DNA of 64,000 bases, taken from an uncultured Candidatus Binatia bacterium (GTDB lineage: Bacteria > Desulfobacterota > Binatia > UBA9968 > JAJDTQ01). Shown here piece by piece: positions 36,760 to 44,586 of the stretch. The notes under the pieces were generated by a model. It did no database searches. It was not told where the DNA came from and worked only from the letters and a program-made list of their open reading frames with translations. Where the stretch lies: the NCBI GenBank assembly GCA_965213675.1, contig OZ243916.1, positions 1,664,001-1,728,000 of the forward strand. The letters are read 5' to 3'. The first letter of the stretch is position 1, and each line of letters starts with the position of its first letter. The position numbers and the translations under genes are program-made.

Positions 36760-37632
36760 TCAAGTCTGACTGGCGGGGGCCGGGAACGCTTCCGCTGGAA
36801 TGTGATCGAGTATCCAGTCCACCACGCTGGGTTTTCCCATAACGAGGTCGAAACGGCGCTCCCGCGGTTCCTTTCCGGCACGCTCGAAGCACAGGTAGCG
36901 GCCGCCCGCCTCCTCCATCAAGACCTTGCTGGCCATGGTATCCCAAAGGCGCAGATCGAAGTCCACCATGGCCGCCACCGAGCCATCGAGCGCCAGCGCG
37001 TGGCCAAAGCAGTCGGTGTACGTCCGCACGCCGGGATGCGCCCGCATGAGCGCGTCGAACACCAAGGGCTGCCCGGCGTTCACGAACTGCTGGCGATCCC
37101 CGACGCCGATGATCTCCTGGTCCAGCGCACCGTGGCCAGGCAGATCCGCCAACGCCAGCGCCCGGCCATTGCACCGCGCGCCGAGGCCCCTGGCCGCGCT
37201 GTAGGTCCTGTCGAACCCGGGCAAGTCGATGATGCCGAGGATCGGATCGTCGCCGTCGAGGAGGGCCAGGAGCGTGCCGTAGAGCGGCACCCCGTGGCGA
37301 AAGCTCTTGGTACCGTCGATGGGATCGATGACCCAGGTGAGGGCGTGGGCGCCGCCGGCTTCAGGCAGTTCCTCGCCGATGATGCGGTGCGCGGGAAAGC
37401 GCTCGGCCAACAACGCGCGCGCCTTCTCCTCCACCGCGATGTCGACATCGGTCACGAAGCTCCCGTCGGCCTTGGAACGGTGCGTGAACCCCGTCTCCAG
37501 AGCGTTCCGGATCAGCCCACGGGTCTCCCGGACGATGCCCAGGGCGTCGGACAGCATCGCGCTCAATGCGTTCGCGGGCACGCCGTTCACGAGGGGCCTC
37601 TTCCCGCACACCCCGGCATTGCCTCGCTGCAA
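36760..37632 (-). CDS. Inositol monophosphatase family, HisN (histidinol-phosphatase)-like
   Basis: [29 protein letters not shown] and LWD. Confidence 0.85.
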   Translation of the reverse strand: MQRGNAGVCGKRPLVNGVPANALSAMLSDALGIVRETRGLIRNALETGFTHRSKADGSFVTDVDIAVEEKARALLAERFPAHRIIGEELPEAGGAHALTWVIDPIDGTKSFRHGVPLYGTLLALLDGDDPILGIIDLPGFDRTYSAARGLGARCNGRALALADLPGHGALDQEIIGVGDRQQFVNAGQPLVFDALMRAHPGVRTYTDCFGHALALDGSVAAMVDFDLRLWDTMASKVLMEEAGGRYLCFERAGKEPRERRFDLVMGKPSVVDWILDHIPAEAFPAPASQT

Positions 37633-37814
37633 CCCATGGGCGGAGTATACACGCTGCCCGGAATACAGTGAAACGAGGAAGGCGCTGGCAACCGTGGCGA
37701 GCGATGCGACACGGCCTGCGAATCGTCATGGATGCCGCCGAACGACGGTGGACGGCCGGGGCTTGCGGCTGTTAGGGTTGGCCAACCGATCCATCGGCAG
37801 CGAGGAGGCTTCCC

Positions 37815-38573
37815 ATGCACCATGCGATCCACGCCATGACCGTCGGCATCGCCGAGAATTGGCGCCACTCCGGCATCATGCCGTGCATCCGCAGCGACGC
37901 GGAGCGCGACGAGCCGGTGCCCTACATCATCTGGTGCATCGAGACCCCGGACGGCCCGGTGGTGGTGGACACGGCCTACCACCCCGACTACGTCACCGCG
38001 GAGTGGGCCCAGGGGAACCAGTTCCGCGAGCCGGCGCGGTTGCTTGGCGAGATCGGCATCCGGCCGGAAGACGTGGCCACGGTCATCGTGACCCACTTCC
38101 ACGTGGACCACTTCACCGGCTTCGACTTCTTCCCCAAGGCGAACTTCGTCATCCAGAAGGACGAGTACGATTTCTGGACCGGGCCGATGATGCGTTTCGA
38201 CTACCTCAACAAGCTGGTGCGCCCCAAGGTGCGGCCGGCGCTGCAACGGTTGGTGGACGAGGGCCGCGTCACCCTGGTGGACGGGGACCATGCGCTCGCG
38301 CCGGGCGTGGAGTTGCTCAAGGCCGGCGGCCACACCCCGGGCTCACAGATGGTGGCAGTGGACACGGCCGGGGGCCGGGCCGTGCTGTGCGGCGACATCG
38401 CCTACACCTACCGGAACCTGCGCGAGCGCCTCCCGGTGGGTTGGTACTTCAACCTGCCCGACTCGGTGCTGGCGCTGGACCGGGCGCTCCAGACCGCGTC
38501 GCGCCCGGAGTTGTCATTTCCCAACCACGACCCGGAGATCATGCAAGGCAAGCGGGTGACCCGGGTGGCCTGA
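37815..38573 (+). CDS. Metallo-beta-lactamase fold, N-acyl homoserine lactonase family
   Basis: THFHVDH, GGHTPGSQ, GDIAY and PNHD. Confidence 0.88.
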   Translation: MHHAIHAMTVGIAENWRHSGIMPCIRSDAERDEPVPYIIWCIETPDGPVVVDTAYHPDYVTAEWAQGNQFREPARLLGEIGIRPEDVATVIVTHFHVDHFTGFDFFPKANFVIQKDEYDFWTGPMMRFDYLNKLVRPKVRPALQRLVDEGRVTLVDGDHALAPGVELLKAGGHTPGSQMVAVDTAGGRAVLCGDIAYTYRNLRERLPVGWYFNLPDSVLALDRALQTASRPELSFPNHDPEIMQGKRVTRVA

Positions 38574-38643
38574 GGGCGGCGTGGCGACATCCAACCCGGA
38601 GTCCGTGCCGGCGGTCCTCACGAATCACGAACATCAGGGACAA

Positions 38644-39432
38644 ATGAACCTCGAGAACGCACTGGCAACGGCCCGAGGGGCGGCGCATCACGCCGGAGAG
38701 AAGCTCCTCTCCTACTACACGTCGCAATACACCATCCGGCACAAGGCCGGGGGAAACCCGGTGACCACCGCCGACATCGAGGCCAACACCTTGTTGCGGG
38801 AAGCCCTGCTCGGCGCCTTCCCCGAATCCGGCTGGCTGTCGGAGGAATCCTCCGATGACGGCAAACGGCTGCAAAGGGAGTGGGTGTGGATCGTGGACCC
38901 CCTGGACGGGACCGTGGAGTTCATCAAGGGGATCGACGAGTTTGCCGTGTCCGTGGCCCTAGTGCGCGGCGCGACGCCGGTGGTGGCGGTGACGTACAAC
39001 CCGGCCACCGGGTGCATGACCCATTGCCGTCAGGGCTCCGGGACGTTCCGGAACGACCGGCCCGTGCGCGTATCGGATCGCCCGGGACTGGCGGGAGCCA
39101 CCGCACTGGCCAGCCGGAGCGAGACCCGGAGGGGCCTCTTGGCCGGGTTGGAGGGGACGATCAAAATCACGCCGACAGGCAGCATCGCCCACAAACTCGC
39201 GGAGTTTGCCGGCGGACGCGCCGACCTCACCGTGAGCCTGGCGCCGAAGAACGAATGGGACGTGTGCGCGGGAGTGCTGCTGGCGGAGGAAGCCGGGGCC
39301 AAGGTCACGGACCTGGACGGGCGCCCTTTCGCTTTCAATCAACCCGACACGCTGCGCAACGGCGTCATCGCCGCCAACCCGTCACTCTATCCGGAGCTGT
39401 TCCAGCTCGTGGCCGAGCGCAGGCGCTCCTAG
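38644..39432 (+). CDS. CysQ/inositol monophosphatase family nucleotidase
   Basis: PVTTADIEAN, WLSEES, WIVDPLDGT and EWDVCAG. Confidence 0.88.
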   Translation: MNLENALATARGAAHHAGEKLLSYYTSQYTIRHKAGGNPVTTADIEANTLLREALLGAFPESGWLSEESSDDGKRLQREWVWIVDPLDGTVEFIKGIDEFAVSVALVRGATPVVAVTYNPATGCMTHCRQGSGTFRNDRPVRVSDRPGLAGATALASRSETRRGLLAGLEGTIKITPTGSIAHKLAEFAGGRADLTVSLAPKNEWDVCAGVLLAEEAGAKVTDLDGRPFAFNQPDTLRNGVIAANPSLYPELFQLVAERRRS

Positions 39433-39440
39433 TGTGGTGC

Positions 39441-39510
39441 CTGGTTTCCCGCCCCCGATCGGGGTCGAGGGCAAGCTTTCGCGGGAATGACGGAAGGAGG
39501 GCGGAATGAC
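39441..39510. repeat. Half copy of the dRS3-like repeat
   Basis: 52 bp matching 34199-34250 with one mismatch; lies between convergent genes. Confidence 0.85.
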
Positions 39511-39527
39511 GATATCGGGCGCCGGCG

Positions 39528-39779
39528 TCATTCCGTATCCGAATCCGGATCGGCGACTTCCTGCAGCAGTTCCAGGGCCGTGTCAGCCTCTTCTTCCGGC
39601 ACCTGGATGACCGCGGCCGCTCCGCCCGATCCGAACGCGCCCCACAACGGCCCCACCGGCAGCAGGGTCAGCGCTGATTCGCCCTGGACCACGTAGGTGA
39701 TTCCGGCGCTCTCCAGGACGGACTTGACCACGGCCAAAGTGGAGACGTCCACCGTCCGAAACACATCGACGTAGTTCAC
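39528..39779 (-). CDS. DUF2007 (putative signal-transducing) small protein
   Basis: AVVKSVLESAGI..VQGE...IQVPEEEADTALELL pattern; GTGA overlap with surE. Confidence 0.8.
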   Translation of the reverse strand: MNYVDVFRTVDVSTLAVVKSVLESAGITYVVQGESALTLLPVGPLWGAFGSGGAAAVIQVPEEEADTALELLQEVADPDSDTE

Positions 39780-40513
39780 GGCAAGGGTCCTTCTTCCCGG
39801 GGGTTCACGGCCGCCCCGGCGATATCCAGCACCAGCTTCGTCACTGCAACGCGCCCGCCCAGACACACGTCCACGTCCCGCCCGGGCTGCCGCGGACGCT
39901 GGTGATACACCGCCTCGTAGACGAACGCGCCTTCTTCCTTCCGGTAGGCCACCCCGAGGGGCCCCGTGTCCAGCGCGCAGAACGCCAGGTCCACCGCGCC
40001 GTCGGCGGGCGGGTGCGGCAGGTTCACGTTCCAGTACCCGCCCCGGGCCAGCTCGCCGGCCAACAGCCGCCGGAGCACGGGCACCGCCCGGCGATGGGTG
40101 ACATCCCAGTCCACCGGCCGGCCTTTGGCCACGTACTGTGAGATGGCAAGGGAGCGGCAGCCAAGCAGCGCGGCCTCACGGGCGGCGGCCACCGTGCCCG
40201 ACGTGTAGACGTCCGCGCCGAGGTTCGCTCCCCGGTTGATGCCCGCCAGCACCCACGACGCATCCGGCACGATCTCGGTGAGCGCTATCCGGACACAGTC
40301 GGCGGGACTGGCCTGGACACTGTAACGTCCCGCATCGACTCGCTCCACCGGGATCGGTCGGTCCGTGGTGAGTTTGTGGCCGACGCCGGACTGCACGTCC
40401 GCCGGCGCCACCACGACGACCTCGCCCCACTCGCGCACGGTCCGCTCCAGCGCTTCCAGGCCCGGAGCGTCGATGCCGTCGTCATTGGTGAGCAGCAGCT
40501 TCACGTTTCTCAT
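39776..40513 (-). CDS. surE: 5'/3'-nucleotidase SurE
   Basis: LLTNDDGIDAPG, QSGVGH, PADCV and GINRGANLG..SGTVAAA. Confidence 0.95.
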   Translation of the reverse strand: MRNVKLLLTNDDGIDAPGLEALERTVREWGEVVVVAPADVQSGVGHKLTTDRPIPVERVDAGRYSVQASPADCVRIALTEIVPDASWVLAGINRGANLGADVYTSGTVAAAREAALLGCRSLAISQYVAKGRPVDWDVTHRRAVPVLRRLLAGELARGGYWNVNLPHPPADGAVDLAFCALDTGPLGVAYRKEEGAFVYEAVYHQRPRQPGRDVDVCLGGRVAVTKLVLDIAGAAVNPREEGPLP

Positions 40514-40606
40514 TTTGATTCCGTCACCCCAGACCCCGGGTCATGCCCGGGGCAAGCTTGATCCGGGGTCCAGGGGTGAAAGTGGCGCGGCAGGGATCTT
40601 CACCGC

Positions 40607-42343
40607 CTACATCCGCTCCAGGGGCCGGATGCCGAGGATGGTCAGGCCGCTCCGGAGCACCTGCTTCACCGCGGTGAAGAGCAGCAGCCGGGCCTGCGCC
40701 TTGCCGGTCTCCTCGCCCTTGACCCGCAGCACCGTGTAGCTGGCGTGCAGGCCCCGGGCCAGCTCCAGCAGGTAGTTGGCCAGCACCGAAGGCTCGTACA
40801 GCCGCCCGGCCTCCCGCAGCACGTCGGGGTAGCGGGCCACCAGGCTCACCAGCCGGTGGGCCTCCGGCTCCACCAGCGGACTCACGCCGGCATCGGGGTC
40901 CGGTTCGAGCCCGCAGTTGCGCAGGATGCCGGCAATGCGCGCGTGGGCGCTCATGAGGTACGGCCCGGTGTCGCCGTCGAAGGAGATGGCCAGGTTCCAG
41001 TCGAAGCGGTAGTCCTTGATGCGCTGCTTGGACAGGTCGGCGAAGAAGATGGCGGCGATGCCCACGGCTTCCGCCACCGTCTCCTCGTCGTCCAGGTCCA
41101 AGCGCTTCTCGATCTGCTCGCGCATGTACGTCAAGGCCCGCTGCCGTGCCTCGTCCAGCAGTTCTTCCAGGTAGATAACGTTGCCCTTGCGCGTGGACAT
41201 GCCCTGCACCAGACCGAAGTTCACGTGCACGCAGTCTTTCCACCAAGGATGTCCCAGGAGTTTCAGGACCGTGAAGAGTTGGCGAAAATGGAGCGATTGG
41301 CCGCTGGCCACCACGTAGATGATGCGGTCGCAGCCGTAGGTGTCGTGGCGGTAGCGCGCTGCCGCCACGTCCCGGGTCAGGTACAGCGTCGTGCCGTCAG
41401 CCTTCTCCAGAAGCGCGGGCGTGTCGATGCCCTCTGCGGAAAGGTCCACGACGAGGGCGCCGTCGGACACCGTGGCCAGCCCCTTGGCGCGGGCCTCCTC
41501 GATGACGACGTCCATCTTGTCGTTGAAGAACGACTCGCCGTTGTAGGAATCGAAGCGCGCGCCCAAGCGTTCGTAGATGCGCTTGAAGTAGTCGAGGCTG
41601 GTGTCGCGGATGCGGCGCCACAACTCCAGCGCCTCCGGTTCCCCCGCCTCCTGGCGGCGGAACCACTCCCGCGCCTCATCCACCAGCGTCGCGTCGCCAT
41701 CGGCGACCTCGTGGAACTTGACGTAGAGCCGGTTGAGGCTCATCAGGTCCTTCTCGTCACCCGGCTTCCCGAACCGCTTGAGGCCCACGATCTGCCGGCC
41801 GAACTGGGTGCCCCAGTCGCCCACGTGGTTGATGCCGACCACCTCGTAGCCCAGGGCCTCGAAGATCCGCACCAACGCGCCGCCAATGATGGTGGAGCGC
41901 AGATGGCCCACGTGGAAAGGCTTGGCGATGTTGGGGGAGGAGTAGTCGATGGCGATGGTCTGGCCGGTCCCGTCCGCGCAGGTGCCGTAGGCCTCGCCCG
42001 CCGAAGCCGCCTCGCGCAGCACCGCGTCGGCGAAGCGGGTGCGGTCCACGGAAAGGTTGACGTAGCCGCCAGCGGCCTGGGCGCCGCAAAGGAGATCCAG
42101 GTCCGCGGTCGCCTTCTCCGCGATCTCTTTCGCGATCACCGGAGGAGCCTTGCGCAGCTTCTTGGCCAGCGTGAAGCACGGGAAGGCGAAATCGCCCATG
42201 TCCGGCTTCGGCGGAGTCGTCAACATGCGATCCGCCGCCTCCGGCTCCAACTCCGCGTGCCGCGCCATGACCCGGGCCGCCTCGAGGCGAAAATCGGCGG
42301 CCTTCATAATGCCGACCGCTTCGGCTGATCTCTGTTCACCCAT
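40607..42343 (-). CDS. argS: Arginine--tRNA ligase
   Basis: IDYSSPNIAKPFHVGHLRS, NHVGDWGTQFG, MSTRKG, GDTGPY and C-terminal PLERM. Confidence 0.98.
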   Translation of the reverse strand: MGEQRSAEAVGIMKAADFRLEAARVMARHAELEPEAADRMLTTPPKPDMGDFAFPCFTLAKKLRKAPPVIAKEIAEKATADLDLLCGAQAAGGYVNLSVDRTRFADAVLREAASAGEAYGTCADGTGQTIAIDYSSPNIAKPFHVGHLRSTIIGGALVRIFEALGYEVVGINHVGDWGTQFGRQIVGLKRFGKPGDEKDLMSLNRLYVKFHEVADGDATLVDEAREWFRRQEAGEPEALELWRRIRDTSLDYFKRIYERLGARFDSYNGESFFNDKMDVVIEEARAKGLATVSDGALVVDLSAEGIDTPALLEKADGTTLYLTRDVAAARYRHDTYGCDRIIYVVASGQSLHFRQLFTVLKLLGHPWWKDCVHVNFGLVQGMSTRKGNVIYLEELLDEARQRALTYMREQIEKRLDLDDEETVAEAVGIAAIFFADLSKQRIKDYRFDWNLAISFDGDTGPYLMSAHARIAGILRNCGLEPDPDAGVSPLVEPEAHRLVSLVARYPDVLREAGRLYEPSVLANYLLELARGLHASYTVLRVKGEETGKAQARLLLFTAVKQVLRSGLTILGIRPLERM

Positions 42344-42432
42344 CTCGCCGAGGATAACACAAAGGTGTCTGCCTTAGCAGGAGATGACGCGGTGGCCTTA
42401 CGCCATCGCTTCACTCACCATCGGCTACCCTC

Positions 42433-42463
42433 TTGACAATCGACCCACGCAGTTGCATATAGA
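42433..42463 (+). promoter_or_regulatory. Putative promoter (perfect TTGACA; weak -10 in CATATAGA) for a small RNA
   Basis: TTGACA at 42433-42438 and an AT-rich box 17-19 nt downstream; no credible plus-strand CDS follows. Confidence 0.5.
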
Positions 42464-42464
42464 C

Positions 42465-42536
42465 GGTGTCTCACCTGCCACGTGTAGGAGGAGCATTCGA
42501 AGCCGTCCGGGTTTACTTGGGCGGCTTCAGCTTTTT
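42465..42536 (+). ncRNA. Candidate two-hairpin small RNA of about 72 nt, convergent on the DUF3800 operon
   Basis: Hairpin 1 CUC-A-CCUGC-CACGU-GUAGG-AG-GAG; hairpin 2 GAAGCCGUCC...GGGCGGCUUC followed by AGCUUUUU, an intrinsic terminator only on the plus strand. Confidence 0.55.
42499..42536 (+). terminator. Rho-independent terminator (plus strand)
   Basis: GC-rich stem of at least 10 bp (42499-42508 / 42519-42528) plus a T5 tract at 42532-42536. Confidence 0.65.
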
Positions 42537-42547
42537 CGGTTCCCGCC

Positions 42548-43021
42548 TCACCCTAAACGACGAGAGTTGTCGCGCTCGCGACGGAGTTGCTGAATTCGCC
42601 GACGTTGGTCGGTGCAGTAAGCAGTCTTGAGGAGCCAGCGGTCCCTTCGCTGGGACAGTACCACGAGGTACTCTTCCCGATACCACAGCAGCGTGTTGGG
42701 CACGTTCTCTCGCCTGTTTTGCCATTCGTCGATCTGGGGATGACTCCCAGCGTTCTGGATGACCCATCGTATCCAGCGAAGGCGTTCGCAACGGCGCAGG
42801 TCTGGAGTCCGGTCGTCTTCCACACGTCCCTCCTGGACCAAATGCCAGAAGGCGGCCCAACGTCCCGCTGTCTCCGGTATGCGGCGACAAACGATATTCT
42901 TGCCACGAAACATCAGACCGCTCCGTGCGATCTCGCGGAGGAAGATTCCGTACAACTCGTGCTCGTAAGCGTCCCAGTCGCCATTGAAGGCGTCGAACAG
43001 GAGAAGTTCGGGTGGCTTCAT
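42548..43021 (-). CDS. Hypothetical protein, candidate BECR (barnase/EndoU/colicin/RelE)-fold RNase
   Basis: ATGA-coupled to DUF3800; conserved-looking motifs FWHL, PDLRRCERLRW and terminal YLVVL...WLLKTAY, typical of BECR-fold nucleases. The fold is an inference. Confidence 0.7.
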   Translation of the reverse strand: MKPPELLLFDAFNGDWDAYEHELYGIFLREIARSGLMFRGKNIVCRRIPETAGRWAAFWHLVQEGRVEDDRTPDLRRCERLRWIRWVIQNAGSHPQIDEWQNRRENVPNTLLWYREEYLVVLSQRRDRWLLKTAYCTDQRRRIQQLRRERDNSRRLG

Positions 43022-43737
43022 CCAACCAGATCTCGCGCGCGCCAAACCAGTATGTTGAACTTCACAGAGGCCAAGGGTGAGGTGCGCGAGAGCACTTGCT
43101 CTCCAAGCTGTTGGCGGAGTCGCCCAATGACGGCCCGTTTGGCTGGACTGCCGGCAAGTCCGCGATTGGCATAAGTCAACGCGCCAATAAGGAGATCGGA
43201 TATTTGCATCAGTTCACTCTCGTCGGATCTTGTCTGTTGCACTCGCTCAACACGTTGCCGGTCACGGTCGTGCAAACTGTTCGCAAGTACTTGGTGGAGC
43301 CTCCTCGTTTTGGGCCCGCCCCTTGTGTCCTTCAAATCAAGATAGACGCGATACCGTTGGGCACCGTCAAACACCGGACGGAGCATTGTAAAGTACATCT
43401 TGTAGTACCAATCATCATGCGACTGGTCGAAGCTTGCGTGATCAAGTTGATCTTTGTCGGGAACTACGAGACCACGGAACTTCAAGCGATCATCCGTCAG
43501 AAACAAGTCGACCATAGCCAGGTAAAAATCGCTTCTGCCGGGTGAGATTTTCGTCCACTTTGCCTCAAAGGAGGACTTCAACCCGTACTCGGTCTTGAGC
43601 TTTCGCATCCGGACCGAAAGTTCCCGAACACGTTGCGTTTCGCAAATGACCGCCCCCCAAGCCATGACAGGGCTTCGATCATGTTCAAGATGACAGCTCT
43701 CATCGCAGTAGACATTGAACGTTCTGGTGTCAGTCAT
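43018..43737 (-). CDS. DUF3800 domain-containing protein (RNase H-like fold)
   Basis: N-terminal YCDESCHLEHD, EAKWTKIS, YYKMYF, YLD and QISDLLIGAL; AAGGAGG RBS. Confidence 0.88.
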   Translation of the reverse strand: MTDTRTFNVYCDESCHLEHDRSPVMAWGAVICETQRVRELSVRMRKLKTEYGLKSSFEAKWTKISPGRSDFYLAMVDLFLTDDRLKFRGLVVPDKDQLDHASFDQSHDDWYYKMYFTMLRPVFDGAQRYRVYLDLKDTRGGPKTRRLHQVLANSLHDRDRQRVERVQQTRSDESELMQISDLLIGALTYANRGLAGSPAKRAVIGRLRQQLGEQVLSRTSPLASVKFNILVWRARDLVG

Positions 43738-43817
43738 GCGCCTGCCTCCTTGTCGTGCAGCCTTCGTGCGCCCGCTTGCAGGTCTGCATCGGATCCCATC
43801 CCACCCCTTTAGCCCAT

Positions 43818-44363
43818 TTAACCTACCTTGAACCGGCCTCGTTCACCGGGATAGGCTGCCTCTTCCTTGAGCCGCCACATGACCCTGACATCGAGGAGAA
43901 TCCCACACGCCTCGGCCATCGCCACCATTGCGTGACAGGCACCGTTTGCCGGTTGTCCCTGTACCGAAACATCTACGTCAGCCAGATAACTGAACCCATC
44001 ATCCTCCTTACGTCCCTTGGCCGTATTAACCGGACACAATACTTGCACCCTTTCGAAGCTGCCTGCCCGCCTGATGGCTTGACGCAGTACATCTGCGAGC
44101 ACACGATTCCAGTTCGGTTTCTCAACGCGGCTTCCGCCAATCCTGGCATCGAGCACTTTTGAATGCGTCAGGTTCGGCAACGCATGAGGATCAAGTTGAC
44201 GCTCGCTCCCACCGTGCCCTTCGCCAAAGGATGTGCCCTGCCCTTCAAGCTGGTCAAGAGCATCAAGCGCCTTGGCGATGATCGTGTCCGGCGTATCAAC
44301 CAGCGGTTTGGCGAAGCGCTGCAACCGCTCGAAAGTGGATCGTTGAATGGTAATTTCTGGCAT
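43818..44363 (-). CDS. Hypothetical R-M-associated protein (SepA-family-like; N-terminal ribbon-helix-like segment)
   Basis: MPEITIQRSTFERLQRFAKPLVDTPDTII, PNLTHSK, PNWN and SVQGQ..AN; GGAGG RBS. Confidence 0.7.
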   Translation of the reverse strand: MPEITIQRSTFERLQRFAKPLVDTPDTIIAKALDALDQLEGQGTSFGEGHGGSERQLDPHALPNLTHSKVLDARIGGSRVEKPNWNRVLADVLRQAIRRAGSFERVQVLCPVNTAKGRKEDDGFSYLADVDVSVQGQPANGACHAMVAMAEACGILLDVRVMWRLKEEAAYPGERGRFKVG

Positions 44364-44586
44364 CGGATCCTCCAGTGCTGACATATGAAAATATGATTAT
44401 ATAGCAATATGGGAGAATATACAAGCCTTGCCAAAGTGGACACAAGCCGAATGAAGGTAGCGCAGTGACGTGCCTCCGGGGATCCTCGCTATCAGCTTGG
44501 GAACTGTGCGCTTTTTCCCCAATCCGTTGCGCTTTGCACCGATTTCGCCGACATTGGGCAATCAGCCCCACTACGGAAGGAAGCGG

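Noticed and set aside
42384-42593. 69-aa plus-strand ORF across the candidate small RNA
   Set aside because: It runs through a terminator and overlaps the convergent gene, has atypical composition, and its start lies upstream of the promoter.
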